A stretch of DNA of 64,000 nucleotides, from the NCBI GenBank assembly GCA_040954595.2, contig CM082592.2, positions 9,473,677 to 9,537,676 of the forward strand, in the 5' to 3' direction. The DNA is from Balanoglossus misakiensis. Its lineage: Eukaryota; Animalia; Hemichordata. Below are positions 41,019 through 55,660 of this stretch, one piece after another (position 1 is the first letter of the stretch; each line of letters begins with the position of its first letter). A program made the translations under genes and the position numbers. Below the pieces are notes generated by a model. The model did no database searches. It was given only the letters and a program-made list of their open reading frames with translations, and was not told where the DNA came from.

Positions 41019-44000
41019 TTATATGACGTCATCTTGATATTCACCGCCCTGGTCTCTGTAGAGCGAGAATAAAAGATATCGCATTTTAATATCAATGTAC
41101 ATTCACTTGTGTCACAGATGAAAACCTTGGAGGAAAGAAAACTGGAAAAAAAAGACTCCAAAAGTACAACTCCAAATGGAATACCTTACCCCATTGAAAT
41201 AGACTGTTTCGGAAGTGGTTTGTTGAAGCCATCCTTTCCTTCCAGCCAGTACGTGGTCATCTTACCTTTACCCTAAAACAGAGAATAGGGGAGTTAACAA
41301 ACGCCCAGCTTCCATGTACAAGCTTTTTTTTAAAAAAAATAACACAGTATAGTCACATATCAACAAAATAAAACAATTACCGATTTGAACCAAGCATGAT
41401 GACATTTGGTTGTCTTTAGCCAGTCTTGGTAAATGACACATTCGGGCAAACTTTTACAACTAGAGCCCAGGCAGGGATCATACCACAGTACAGAGCAAGC
41501 GACATATGATGATATACTTACTTTGACGTTAACAACGCCACGAAGATGCATGTGGTATCCACCAAGATCCTCCAATGCCCGGCAGGTTGTCTCACTCAGC
41601 TGAATCCTAAGACCTTTAATTGTTTGAAACAATCATCGTCAGTCAGGCGAGAATGGTATTAGCATGAGGCATCGATCTCCACAAGATGTCAGCCAAGTCG
41701 AGTGTGACCACAAGTTCGACCATTTCAATGATATTTCCGATTAAGAATCGCTGCGTGTGTTGTCAAGGTAACATCGGTCGGATGATGCTTCAATTTGCGT
41801 ACGTGCCGGAAATTAAAGTCACCAAAATAATTGGCATGTTATGAATATTCACAGCGGGAGAAACATGGGCAAGAAACGTGCGATGTGAGATATGATATAT
41901 GATGTGGCGTGGCATGGTGTGGTGTGGTGCTGTGTGATGTAGCGTGGTGTGGTGTTGTGTAATGTGATACTGATACGATATGACGATGATAACGGTAATG
42001 GTTTTGATACCTTTGCCGTTGGATTCCATCCTGGACGCAATATTGACAGTATCTCCGAATAGACAATACCTCGGCATGGTCAAGCCAACCACACCTGCGA
42101 CGCACGGACCACTATGAATGCCTATCCTCAGCTGCAGCTGTCTGTCTGGTTGGTGTTTTAATTTGAATGTGGTCACGTTACTCAGCAAATCGAGCGCCAT
42201 GTCGGCGATGACGCCAGCGTGTTCCTTGCCGTTGCGTTTCGGCAGGCCGGATACCACCATGTATGCGTCGCCTATGGTTTCCACCTATTTTGAATTTTGA
42301 TGAAGAAAAACAACAACACGGACTCCTCATCACACACTTTGGTATATCAAAGAATTGCAAGGTTTGGAGTAATATCGTGTTTTTTTCTGAAAATCTATCC
42401 CCAAGGCGTGCACTATAGCAAACATGGATCACGACAGATTTCTGTTGCTGCCTTAAAGGACACAACGTCACGAAACAGAAGATCACGCTTCTAAGACGAT
42501 CAGGCTTTAGGGACTGCTATTGGCGAGGCCGTACCCGGTTCGCGTATTAATCATGCTGTTGGAAGTCTAACGAAAAGTAAAAAAAAAAGATCAAAGCAAA
42601 GCCCAAATCGACCTCAGGCTTATGTATCCCCAAAAGACGTCATTCGAGTGTGCGCGCCGTAGAGTGTCTAATGCATTGCTTCTTTGGGTGCGGCTAATAC
42701 CAACCATTAAAACAGAAAATAACTTACTCCCATCAAGTAGACTGTAATTACACAGAATGTACAATCCGACATGGCGCCTTTTTTTCTTATTTCACCTAAC
42801 GACAATATCAGACCTTTTATTTCCACGACGACCATGCAAATCTTCCCGATTTTTCCCCCAAGTTTTCTGGGAGAGGGGGGGGGGGGGAGAGAGTTCGTAT
42901 AGGCGCAGCGCATTACCGTGGACTGCTATTTCTGTACCCTCTTTGTTGATATCATTAGTCCCCCTTTGAAACCACGTTTTCTTATATAATGACATAACAA
43001 ATACTAGTATTACCTTGTATACGTTGAAGTGAAGAATCGAGTCATCAAACATTGTGTAGAGATCATTCAACATGTCAACTACCTGTAACGTGGGAGAAGA
43101 GAAGGCGAAAATATGAGAGAACAAGTTGACAGTGCGGTTACTATGGTGTTTAGCGCGCATCATTATCCACTGTTTACTTCAAACATCGCCCACATATTAC
43201 AGAAGCAAATGGCAAATCTAAAGGTAAAATCATGGTTAGGGGATTTTACCACGATCTACTGTTTTCCCATTAGTGTAATGGAGTATCAACACAGTTTGAG
43301 GCCTAAATTATTTTGAAAAGCGTTTTGAGCATCTACAGCACCCGTGGTCTTGAACAGCAATGAGAACGCGTCAAAATAAGGGCCATTTTCCAAATGTTTA
43401 TCACAAAAAGACAAACCAAGCCATAGAACTTGACACGCGAACGAAGACGTCGTTTCTGGGGTACTGCCACAAATAGGGAAACTGAACTGTAAAACCACTT
43501 GCTGATAAAAGTGTGGCACACATTACCTGCATCGGAGTACTCTCGGAACAGACCCGAGTGAATCCGACTATATCCGAGAAGAATATTGTGACTTGATCAT
43601 AAGTTTCAGGGTCAACCCTGCGACCGCTTTTCAGTTGGTCGGCAACACTCCTGAAAACAGAGGAAGAAAGGCGAGATCGCGTCAATAAGGAATACGGGAC
43701 TCTGCATCACACAATGTTACGATATCCTGTTTTACAAAATTCAGTGAGACATGGTATATTTTATTTTTTTAATTGAGATCTCCCCCCCCCCTGCTCTCTC
43801 TCCGCGACATCGTTCCGAAACTCCTTTTTGTACTTTCAAAATAATATGTCCAATGTTCATAATTATTTCCGAGAAAAAAAGAGATTTTTTTTAACTGGGG
43901 GCCCGGGCTAACTAATCCCAGGATTATTTCAAACGAGGAATATACTATTGTTCCATATAGGCTTGGGAAAGACCACGCAGTGCCATGCTCAAATGCCCTC

Positions 44001-47000
44001 AGTACTTTTAGATGAATAATTTCTTTGAAAGCATTTCAGCACGTCGCAGCCTTGGAAGACGGTATTATGTGACATGGGAGTCTTATAGGAAGTATAAAGC
44101 ACACACCTAGGTAACATACTGTAAAGTAATCTATCAGTTTTCTTCTTCTCCTCCAGAAGTTGTTGCGTTCTTTCCTCCACAATCTCTTCTAAATTGTTGG
44201 CGTATTTCTCCATCATGTTGAGAATGTTGTCCATGATATTTGTATTTCTGGCCAGGTGCAAATGACACCAATAGTTTACCACATAGCTATGGTTAATGGT
44301 GTTGAGCAGACGTACATCAGGTTGCATGGACACATGCTATACAAGTTACACACATTGTAAGATAGAGAGATGCGCGCTAAAGAGAACGCCTCTGGCAAAA
44401 GCTGTTTTCGATTCGCTGTCATTTTCGCGACACTGGAAACCAAAAGCATTTCTACCGTTTGAGAGTTTGCAATCGTTTCCACAACACAATGATGTACATG
44501 TAAATGCCTCTTTGTTTTTGATACGTCGTTTCTTCGTGTTTCATACTTTGGGGCCGGGTTTGGTAAAGCTTATTAACTAATCTTCCAAATCTTTCAACAT
44601 TTCGTCGTGTATCTTTAAGGCAATTATGCAAGAATATGAGGAAACAAAATGGCCGCTTACTTTCCCTGCGTTATCTGTTTCAATTTATATCTGATCTCCT
44701 TGAATGTCGGTCGTCTGTTCGGATCCTCGTCCCAGGACTCTTCCATCAGGAACGCGATGTCCGTTTGTTGCCTTGTCGATCCGGGATCCATGACAATGTA
44801 CGGACGAAATGGCGCACTGCTCTTCCGTTTAACTTGTTCAATGATTTCTATTGGGGGATAAACTGTGTTAAAATGACACGTATCGCTTGTTCCAGGTATG
44901 GTAGGTATAAAGATGTTCAAATAGCACATATTTCTTTACTGCTCTTCGACTGAGAAATAGTACTTCTTCTGCACCAATCGGGTTACGCCCTATTGATTAT
45001 ACAATTTTATCATTTTCATGACCTGGGGAAGTATGGAACGAAAACAGTGAATGAATATAATACATTTTTATCATTTTCGATTCAAGAATGCAGTATTTTC
45101 CTTGGCCTGGGACCCTGGGTATATCTATGCTTGATGGCCATACACAATGACACTAGGCACAGTTTGTATACAATACACAACCTTGTGGAGTCAGTTCGTC
45201 CGTATCGAAGGGCCCGCTTCTTGTCAGTGTTTCCCGGATGATGATGGCGAAACTATAGATGTCTCCCTTCTGGCTGCCCTTTGCGATCCTCGGCGTAGCT
45301 CGAAGCAACTCAGGAGCTGTCCACAGCAAACCTATAAAGAGATTTTGTTAAAATGTTATAAGAAACGATAAAGAATACGCTCTTGACAATTCTCACATTC
45401 ATATTGTTTGAGATAGATAAAATCACTCAAAATCGCCTGAACTGGCGCCTTTCGCATGTCTAGCCCAATTGATAAATGATTCTGGGGCAAGCTTACCCCG
45501 ACTGGTAGCTAGCGGCTGTTTCGTTCTAAGATTTTTCTGCGAAAGAATACGTAACATCTATGACGTTCCATAGATCAGACTGGTTTGGTGCATGATAACA
45601 AACACACCACTATCAGTTCAGCAGACTCTAAATATTTATAGGAATTTTCTGAACACACGACTCAATAATCCCGCAAGTTATGTCTGTATCTTACTTGAGT
45701 ATAGAGCATACTCTCCATATTCCAAATGATTGTATTCTCTGAGACTGTTCAGGCCATAGTCGGTGATTTTCAACACCCAGCGACTGTCAATAACACAGTT
45801 CGATGATTTCAGACGACCGTGCGAAATGAGCTGGGACTCGTGAAGGTATTCCATTCCCTGTGAAGGAAATTCATAGATGTTAGGTATTATTTGCGTCAAG
45901 TGTTTTATTTTTCGCATGTGCCAGCTCCACTCCCTGGCTTAGCATAGTACACTGAGATTGGGGGCCATTTTGAATTTCAAATTCGATGTTGCTCTCTTTT
46001 GTAGTTTGCACTCTTTTGCGATATCATTCCACCTGATTACTGCTTACCATGACAATATCCGACAAGAGTGAAGTCTTGAACAGCCAATCCAACTTGATGT
46101 CGTCATTTGCCAAAATATCCTTCGAAAGTAAGTGGAGTAATGAGAATATGGTCACATGATTGCTCAAGGTAGACATGCAAGACATGTTTTATGGTAATTA
46201 AATCTCCTCACGTGACGCCAAGAGTGGGTGCCGGATATCACCTTAGATGTAACATCCCATGATTCGGCGTCTGTAGTAAGTTACTGAACAGTATGTAACC
46301 ATGGAGAATTGAAAACATTAAAAAGGTTTACCTCCAAACTACCCTTCGAGCAGTACATAGTTAATATACAGATGTTTGGCGAATCGGGACAGAGCCCAAC
46401 AAATTGAGCGATATTCGTATGGTCCATTTCACGCAACTGTAAAGACAAAACACACGAAGACAGTAACTCATTGGGCGCTAACGACAATGGAACGTGGTCG
46501 ACGAAGAGATAATACAAACAAAGGCAGGAAGTTGCCATGCATATTTCCAAAAGTGAAAAGTGACAAGAAAAATGACACATACTGTTTTTAGTTCTAGCAG
46601 GCAAGTTCTATCAGTGTCGATAGAATCCTTCTTAATGTATTTGACGGCTACCAGCTTGTCTTTGTAGACCCCAATCGAGGTGAACTTCTGCTCTGATGTC
46701 CAAGATCTGGTGGGACTGATTCCTCTCTGGTTGGCGGCGCTTCTGTAGCTAAGTAGACTCAAACTGCTTGTCTGGTGAATGAGAAACGACTTAAGACAGA
46801 ATATCACACTCAGGGCAGTTAAGCCAATGAACATTTTGAACATTTCCTGAAAACGATAGTACCGTTTTGTGCAATTCGCATATTCTTGAAAGGCAATATC
46901 TGTACCACGTTTCTCAACATTAGGACCAGTAACTCAAATCGGACCAGTCGTTCTTGAGATATCGATGACACATGCGCAGACATCGCCGAGACAAAAGCCT

Positions 47001-50000
47001 CCATGTGTTGACACTTAAAGCTCCAATGTGCATTTAACGATGAAAATACGTCATCCTTACCAAACTTCCAAATTTCCGATTTTTGTTGAACATTATATCA
47101 GCGAAGTCTACTTTCCAAAGCATTCTGGCAAGTTCTTCCTCCAGTTTCCTACGTCTAGAAAAATTCACAACATCAAGAAAATTATGCCTCTGCTTCTCGT
47201 CAGATGGCAAATGGTTGCTCATGACTCATATGATATTTTTATATTATCAACAAAGCAGGAACGATTGCTGTCTAATTGAAGGCTTACCTGTACACAAGCA
47301 CCAAGATGATAACGACAAAGATTATAAGCACTGTGGCGACAACACTTATGATTATGATCAGATTCTTTTCTGTGGATAATAAAAACAGACACTGCTGTGA
47401 AATAATGATTATAGTGTATGGAACTAAAATGCAATAATGTAAATTGTTTAGGCTATGCTATGCAAGTCTGAGAGGGTACATTGCATCTTAAGAACAAATT
47501 AATCGCTACTTGGCTTGATCATATGTTACCTGTTTGGTCGGGCGGGCAGAGCTCATTCAAGAAACCGCACGGGGGTGTGTCCAGCGGCGGAAGAGTGCGA
47601 TCACCTCCCCAGAGCGGATCTGCATATTTCAACAGAGTCTGCAAAAACAGCAGAGGGTCGATTTGACAGACGAACGCTTTGCAAGGCGAATGGCAGAGAA
47701 TCTCGAGTGTGGGCATGGGCGTCGGCCCCACAGCTTTCTCTATGGGATGACGCGGTAATTCCGGAAAATGTCTACATGCGCTTTGCACTCTTCACAACGA
47801 AAAGACACTGTCAGGTGAGGGAACGACGGACGCGCAAATCTGAAGAATGATCCACGTGGTAAAGGGAAAATAATTGCGGTGCTCAGGTCATGGTTCTGAG
47901 TTGCATAATAAATCGATAGGCACGTCTAAATGGACACCTGTGGAAGCGTAGGTGACGTGTACATCTAATAATAGTCTGGTGTACGTGCCCTACCCAATTC
48001 TGCCGCTGGCGAACTGGCCAGGGTGCCCGAGTTTGCCGCATTCTTTGCTGTGATGCTCCATGTACATGTATGTCTTGTTATAAAATACAGCTTTCATCAG
48101 CGGATGGCATGTGCATCGCGGGGGGGGGGGGGGGGGACAAAGCCAGTGGTGATATGCCATCCCTCGTCCGTGATACATACCCGTGTTCCATCCTCGTCCA
48201 CTTGGACGTCTATGATGATCTCAAATTTGCCGCTGGGTCTCAAGTCCTTGATCCAATAACCTGGTTCGCGTTCAGCGTTGTTATCCATGATGACGTCACC
48301 GGATTTTCCTATAGACGAAGTACACGGTCTTTCAAACAATTCTTGGTGCGAAATCGTTATGGGAACCACAATTTACGATAGCAGATTGAGAAGAAATGAT
48401 CTATACAAAGGCCCTCATGTGGCGAGAAAATGTAATGAACAATCAACTCACACCATAAGTCATTATAACTCTATGTATGTACGGCACAGAGAAGAATAAA
48501 TGAATGGACGATAATCGACTTGAAACGACTGCGAGCTGTCATCTAAAAGGGAAATTACAATAAATGCGGGGCAAGATGCAATGAGGTGCAATTTTATGCA
48601 GTTTTAGTCACCTCTATGCGGAAGTTTCCCCTGGTCGAAAGTTCTGATAGACTTCAATTGCTGTAAAATTGTCTCTTAAGAGACATGTGAGCCTTCAGAA
48701 CACAGTTCATGCAAAGTCGGAGACAGCGCGAGATGATCAGATCCCGAGGGCCATCAAACACACACCTCGGCGATCGAGGAGTTCCCTGTCGGCCCCAATA
48801 ATAGCTACTTTCATGTTTATAATGCGACTCCTGATGTCTCCCCCGAATATTCAGTTAAATGCTATTGTCAATGACATACATGTTCTCGATCGACAAGGGC
48901 GACACATTTTGGCACCATAACGACTGCATAACATAGCTATTAATTATTTATAACGAATTTATCTACTGTCATAGCAGATAGCAGGAACTAGTTTTACCTT
49001 TATATTTCATTCGTTTCATGTTTTCGAACATCAATGTTCCATTCCTCAGATTGCCACCCATTTCAAGAGTCTTATTAGCTACAAGCCCATACAGGTACAC
49101 GGCATCGTGGAGGTAAGGTGCGTACACACTCTTCTGCGGGAAAAACGAGAATGAGTGCACACTTCACAAACGAAATTCTTCTATTGCGCATATTCGTGTC
49201 AATATACTTTGAATCGTAAAAATGGTTTTGAGTTCTGTACCCCAGAATCAATCTTATTTCTGGTTGTCTTATATGATGTATCTGTTCGAACAGGCCCGAA
49301 TGAGTAAAGCATGGTTGGTGACCGTGAATCGCATTGTTCATGCATCATCAATCACAGTAATCATATCATGTCCACAGTAGAAGTGTCAATTAAGTGGGGC
49401 GTCTGGCACGCTGAGATGTTTTCAACCAGCGATGAATGGCCGACGGGGGATCGTATTGATCAACTGACGGTTTCTCAAGTCAATATCCGGATGACGTATT
49501 TTGTTATAAACACAGACACTATAGACGTGCGTTGCGTTTGATCCGCCCATGTGCTGAAAAAAATTATCACTCACACTTGAAGGCGAAAATTGGCAGAACC
49601 GACGTCATCAAAATGGTTGTTTGGGTTGAGCAACTCAAACTCTTTGACCTAATTGTGATGGAAATACAAAAAAGTGAAAATTGAGAACACAGCCTTACTT
49701 GCAATGTTGTCGGCGCTGTCATATTGAAAGGGTTTGTTTGCGATTTATTGAACACCTCGCTGTAAAAATCACCAAGTTCTTCGTCTCCAAGAGTTGCAAA
49801 AAACACCTGGAACGAGAGATATGTCAATGAGAAAAATCTTATGAAGACTGACACAAAGAGGAAGTCAGTGGTCCATCTTATTCATGGTCTACGGAACAAA
49901 CACCTGTGGGTATAGCTGATGCTATAACCCTTGACGTCGCAGAGTTGTGTGTTTATACAGTAACAGTGGACTCACCAGGAGAACCGTCTCGTATGCTTCC

Positions 50001-53000
50001 TTTACATCTTCATCTCTACCATCGCCAGTCATCCACGCCTCTTCATAAATCACCGTATCGAACAATTTCGGGAAAATGAAGACGTAGTCACCGTTTGTCA
50101 TGCCCATGTCGTGAGCTTTGAGGAGAAAACGGCGTTCTCTCTGTGTTGTACTGCAGAACAGTATGACTGTAAGGATACAAAACGGCGTGGACGAGTTTAA
50201 CAGACCATCATACGTGTGATTAGGAAGGCTGCTAAGTTTTAGAGGTCGGGAAATATTGTGATATGTTTGGTCGTTACGCAGAATATGCGAAAACACAAGA
50301 AGCCTTGACTTCTTTATTCACTTAACATGATTGAGAAGGGTTGAAAGGTATCAGGAAAATGTTTTCATTCATTATCCATGCTCCGGGAGGAATGTGAGAG
50401 ATTTTCGTTTACTATAGCTGTCATTGGGAAGGGCTGTGACAGAGAGGGTTAAAGGTGCTTACTTCTTCCCAGCAGTTTGGCTTTCGTCCACATCTCCTCG
50501 ATTTCGTCATCGGAGATATCGCGGGAAATGGTGACGTAGTCGGCGACATCTCCGTCATTCGCCAAAAGGACATCGTTGATGGCCAGTGCCGCATACTCGC
50601 AGATAGCATTGGGCGCCTCAGCTATAATCACCTATATGCAAAGGCAATAGAACGTGGCCAATGTATGAAAAGATGAGTCGTGATAGTGTTAACATGACCC
50701 CAGTTGAGATAGTGCTGAATAAAAATCAAATTATAATGACCAACATTAAGGGCTCTACTGGGTTTTCTGACAGTCAGTCTGTCAGTCAATAAAATAAAAC
50801 GAGAATTGAACATACCGCCCTTTTCCATTGAAAGTATTTAAACACTTCCAGTACCAATGGTCCCATCTTGCTGAAGGAGCCCAACGTGCGGCCGAATGTT
50901 GTGAATTTAGTTTTATCCACCAGTTCAGGACTTGTCGAAACCCACGAGATGTGAGGTAGATTCCACTCTGACGTCAGGAGACCTAGGGGTATGGCCCCTG
51001 TTATAGGAACATGGAAGGAGGCATGGAGTAGGTGATGTGTACAGCGACAGAAATGATGGGACGGCATCCTGGATGACCCGGGGGTTAACTCTCCCGGAGA
51101 TTTCACGGTTCGAATGTGCAACACAGTGCATGCACGCATACATCAGAGTGCACGAATGAATAAAGTAAGATCGTATTGACAACATTTGATTTCTTACCAG
51201 TTGAACATGGCGGTCCAAACATAACATCAACCCGTTCTCTGTAAAACAGTTCCACTCCGCCATACAGGCCCTCTCTTTCGTTGCAACCATCTCGCCATAA
51301 AACGCTGCAGAAGAAAATGGCAACAGTTATCTAAAATACACTCTGATTAAAATCAGATGTAGCGGTAGGATAGTTTTCACATGTCACGTCTAAACAGGTC
51401 ATTCCGCGCATGGCATCGTAGTGGGGGTGATGTTGGGGATGTGGGTGGGTAAGGACTTAAAGAACGTGTCAAAGCAAGGCATATTCATTACCACAGCTGA
51501 AACTAAAACAAAAAGCTTTTCTTCGTCGAGATTTGTCACGATCACCAGAATATGGGCGCCTGAAGCTGAGTCGTGATCATAATGAACAGAAAGACGAGAC
51601 CACTGACAGGGAACTATTTCCCTCAGCCTGTAGTTCACTTTAATAGAAAGCCAGGTCGGATGTCGTTTGACATTTCACCAAGACGTGTTTCTGAAATGCC
51701 GCACAAAATGACAAAGAACACCCTGTTTACTTCTTTGTTTAAAAAAGGACCCCTCAAACCCTTTTAATATTGCAAAGAAATGAAAGGTTTGGACGACTAT
51801 CATTTTTCTTAGGCGAATTCCACCTTAGAGCACTCCAACCTCCCTTGTATAGCAAAAGTCACATAACGACCACCTTTACTTGGCACTGTTGCTGATATTT
51901 GATTCAACAGAATAGGCAACGGCCCAGTGAAAACATCGAAGCAGGTTTTGAGAAAGCACTTAGCGATACAAGTCAATCAAACATATCATTTTTTTTTCTG
52001 AAGATTTCTTTGACATTCATATGTCGACCTCGGGGGTATATTTGCGTTTGTGGTCGACACGTATGTAACATCATGCAAAGACTACTCCTAATGGTCGTGT
52101 CTCCAACATATTCTTTGTTCTTTGTCTGAGAGGTGATGATGAACAGCTCACTGCACGCACTCCCGATCGACATAGTGACATCAATGTAATACTCAGTGGA
52201 TTATATTTAAGGTGCAGATGTGAACGATTTGCGTTCAAGCTGAATGAAGTATAGAATGTGGTCTGCAGTGGTGGGTTTCAAGATACGGCCATTCACTTAG
52301 TTCTCGGAATTTCGGTGGATTTACAATATTAATACGGCCAACTGAAAATGTTCATAATTTTCACAGATCAGAAGCACCATATTTTGGAAAACATAATCTC
52401 ACAACAACAATTTTTCTGAATCCATCTGGGTGTGTTTATACGAATCCGTTCGGCTATCTGACAATAGATTTTGATGGGGATAGTGGAGGCGTTCAAAATT
52501 TAACACAACAGCGATAAGAAATTTCTCTAAAACGGTTTTATGTTGACATCGTCATCATCATCAAGGTTAATCCCTCACCAAACTTGATGTTCTGCGCGAA
52601 TTGTGCCAGGGGCAGGCACAACTGTTCCGGGAAACGCTTCTGGCAGAGAATTGACTTTGTGGCTGCGTAATTAGAATCTGGCCTCAGTGAGAGTCTTAAT
52701 GAAGCCTATTGTTAACAGTTCACCCACCGTACGTCATGACCGTTGACTTTCTGAAAGTGCGCAGCGGACGAGGGTTTGACTTTAGAGTACATGTAGCTGT
52801 AGGCGATACCCACACTGAGAACTCTAGTTCGACAATACTACTGTGAGACATTAATCTTGAATTTGATATGCATAAACCGACGAAGCCAGCTGAGTTGTAA
52901 CTTTCGGGTGAAGTTTTGCATTCATATAAATTGTTCATTAATTCTAGATTATATTCAATAAATAATGAGATTCTTAGTAGAAGAGTTAAACGATTAATAG

Positions 53001-55576
53001 CCAAGAACTATACAACGACCACCTGCCTTGTCTTTGCCGCGCATCATACCATTTCAGCTGACGGGTCACATGGTTAAATACAGTATAAATAAATGTATAT
53101 GATGCCCAGAATACCGCAAAACGTGTTAAATTAGCTGCATGCTTTTAGTAGCATTTTTGTTTTAAAAAAGAAATCAGTGGATTTTTAGTTTAGATATAAA
53201 GGCACCGTGCAAGCGGACTCTTGGCGGATATACTTGTTTTACTTTTCAGGTTAGAGTGACATTACGTTATGCCGCGGAACTCTCTCTTCTATATGTTTTC
53301 CACATGATACTTTTCACGGGGAAAACCAATACATCTCAGCGCCGACTATTGAAGTCGCTGTACATCGCTGAAAGAGATGTCGGGAGCGGCACAACATATT
53401 ATGTTGCCGATTGGTAATTTGCAGCTCTCCTTCGTGTCGAGTCGCAGCCGGAAGCGAGGCAAACGCAAAGAAAGAAACAGTCGACATGTTGCTCACCAAT
53501 TTTATCACATTTGAACAGCGGCGCAGATATGCCGGGTAGTTTGTAAGTGAAATTATTTGCCAGTGAAAAAAAGAGTTTCCTTGACAGCCGCAGTTATATT
53601 ATTCCGATATTTCAATGGCCATGTTGTAAAACCCGCATCAGAAAACACAATCGACGCTGCGAACCCCAGCAGGTAAGTTGGGATGAAGAGTTGTCCAATT
53701 GAGCTGCTAAATTACCTCCATCCTTTTGAAACGCGGTACTTTTGAGAATGTCGGTGTAGGTGTCAGCTATAAGGTCTTGTGAGAAATAGTCGTTTGAAAT
53801 TATTCGTGCAGTGAGATTTGAAAACAAATTGCTGAAAATACTGTGCGCGTAAGTGAGTGCGTGTGTGACAAGGCTACACATGTCGAAGTGATAATTTCTG
53901 TATGAAACGATAATGTTGACTCGGAGTCAGTACATAGAAAAATGGGCTTTCGGAAGAACATTGCAATTTCCCAAGAAGCCTATCATAAGGTCTACCTCGT
54001 CATACATGTGTGCCCACTCCTCGCTATGACTTCCTTGTTACAGAACACAGGTAGGATTCCTGGGTTAATCTACTTCTGCGCGTGCAGATATGTTTACGAT
54101 ACACTCTACAAATATGAAGTGTGACTGATGGCCACGCACCCCCTCGAGCGCTACGGGCTCAACAACACGGAACGTCAATATGTCTCTTTTAATAGCTCAA
54201 CCGACCTTGTCGAAGTAGTGGCGTTGCAAACATTTACAAATTACAGTAATTTTGCTAATTATGGTTACACCATACGGGAATAGACGGACGAGGTAAGCAC
54301 GTATTCTCCGGAGATCACTTATAATAAAAAGAAGAGACCATCACATGGCATGAAGTATGGCATGTCCAAGGAAGATACTATATAAGCGTATACCCTGCTT
54401 GATATGTTGCTTTAGTTCAATGTGTGATTTTTATCTTTTGAGTACGGCAAAAATAGAATAACATACTCAAACATTGAAATAAAATGTACACTATTCCCAT
54501 AAGAGATTAGCATAAATTCGACCAAATTAGAGCAAGCGTCATTCTGACTTCCAACAATTATCACCAATAGGGGGATTCTGCAGAGATCAAATTCACATAT
54601 AGGGTGGTGTTACTAGTATAACTTGAACGTTATCGGATGACAAGACGGTGAAGATGTCATTTTTTCTGAAAATCTGTCCTTCCCAGGCGCATACTGCCGT
54701 AAGGTATAGGATGTACTTCGGAAATCAAAGTCTGAACTGATTACTCAGAAAAGTCGCCATGGTGTTGCGCAATATGGCGAGATCATAATCTGCTGAATGC
54801 CACTCCGTTTGCCGAAGTGAAAGGATTAAGCGTGGGAAGCAATGATTAAGAAACGCACTACACACGCGTCTCTGTGCTTTTCACACAGAAAGTAATAAAA
54901 ATAAAGATACAAGTAAAAAGCTGACAGGATTAAAATCATAACAGTTCAGAAAAACAGTCAGTGACTAAATACCAACAAAACCATGAAATAAAATAGCATC
55001 GTCTCAGAACGCAAAGGCCATCTTTCGTTACATGAATGTACCACTTGGTAATCTCGCGTGTTAATTAAATCCTAAAGGGTATAGCTGAAGCCAAGTAGTC
55101 GACACTGTCGACGAGACGACGATGTGTGTGGTTGTAAGAGAATAGATCATAAAAAGTCAAGAACGTTTTTTTAAAGTGTCGAGGATCACTTCGCGTGTAC
55201 AGTTAAAAGACAGATTTCTGGCGATTGGTGTAGATTTATTTTGAGCAGGATGCGACCAAAACCTGACCCGACAATCTCGGCAAAAGACGCGAAACAGTCC
55301 CGGTGGAAACTGTTCGAAACATTATAGTAGTGTATATCTGGTGACGTTTGTTACCTACCGTATGGTGTACCCTGGTAAGAGGGACTCGCGCTCGATTGCT
55401 TCCAACGCCATGATGACCGCGCCATAATTTGGCGCCAAGCCGAACCCAATGGTCGTGCTCATGGTGACCAAGCCAATTTTCAGTTCCGAGTCGGCTGCAG
55501 CTGGCGCAGCTGTCGTCCACACGAAAATGCAAATTATTGTTGTGACCACTTGTGCCATTCTCGAAGTTATAGCCAT
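41019..55576 (-). CDS. Receptor (membrane) guanylyl cyclase, atrial natriuretic peptide receptor-like: signal peptide, ANF-receptor ectodomain, single TM helix, kinase-homology domain, coiled coil, GC catalytic domain; complete, 24 coding exons, 1069 aa
   Basis: Exons: 55359-55576, 51198-51304, 50816-50997, 50463-50631, 49976-50166, 49699-49806, 48998-49133, 48181-48308, 47530-47638, 47288-47369, 47061-47154, 46583-46771, 46332-46436, 46048-46119, 45695-45857, 45182-45331, 44661-44847, 44107-44247, 43527-43650, 43014-43082, 42011-42284, 41522-41613, 41190-41272, 41019-41055. All introns are GT-AG with consistent phases; total 3210 nt. Motifs: [79 protein letters not shown] (pseudokinase), [35 protein letters not shown] and [19 protein letters not shown] (GTP-specifying E/R/C intact). 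Confidence 0.95.
41884..41990. repeat. Degenerate pentanucleotide repeat (TGTGG/TGATA-like) in a cyclase intron
   Basis: A 5-nt periodicity is visible (gatat gatat atgat gtggc gtggc atggt gtggt gtggt...). Confidence 0.8.
42330..42418. repeat. Fragment of an interspersed repeat (probably the end of a non-autonomous DNA transposon); related fragment at about 54658-54702
   Basis: Both sites share TTTTTTCTGAAAATCT(A/G)TCC..C(A/C)AGGCG...ACT in the same orientation, within different introns of the cyclase gene. Confidence 0.45.
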
Positions 55577-55660
55577 GATCACTAATGCACAAGTTTGTAG
55601 TGAAGCAATCCTGAGAAGTCACTGTGCTGACGGGAAAGCGTCGGTTATCTCTGATTTAGT

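Noticed and set aside
50167-50178. GTATCCTT (U12-type donor consensus) on the cyclase sense strand
   Set aside because: It lies within the polypyrimidine tract of a normal acceptor. All reconstructed introns have ordinary U2-type GT-AG ends.
51973-52173. ORF starting MSIGSACSE, resembling the ectodomain IGPxCS motif (possible alternative exon 2 of the cyclase)
   Set aside because: The true motif ([10 protein letters not shown]) is in the well-defined exon 51198-51304, and this segment lacks a suitable acceptor and upstream homology.
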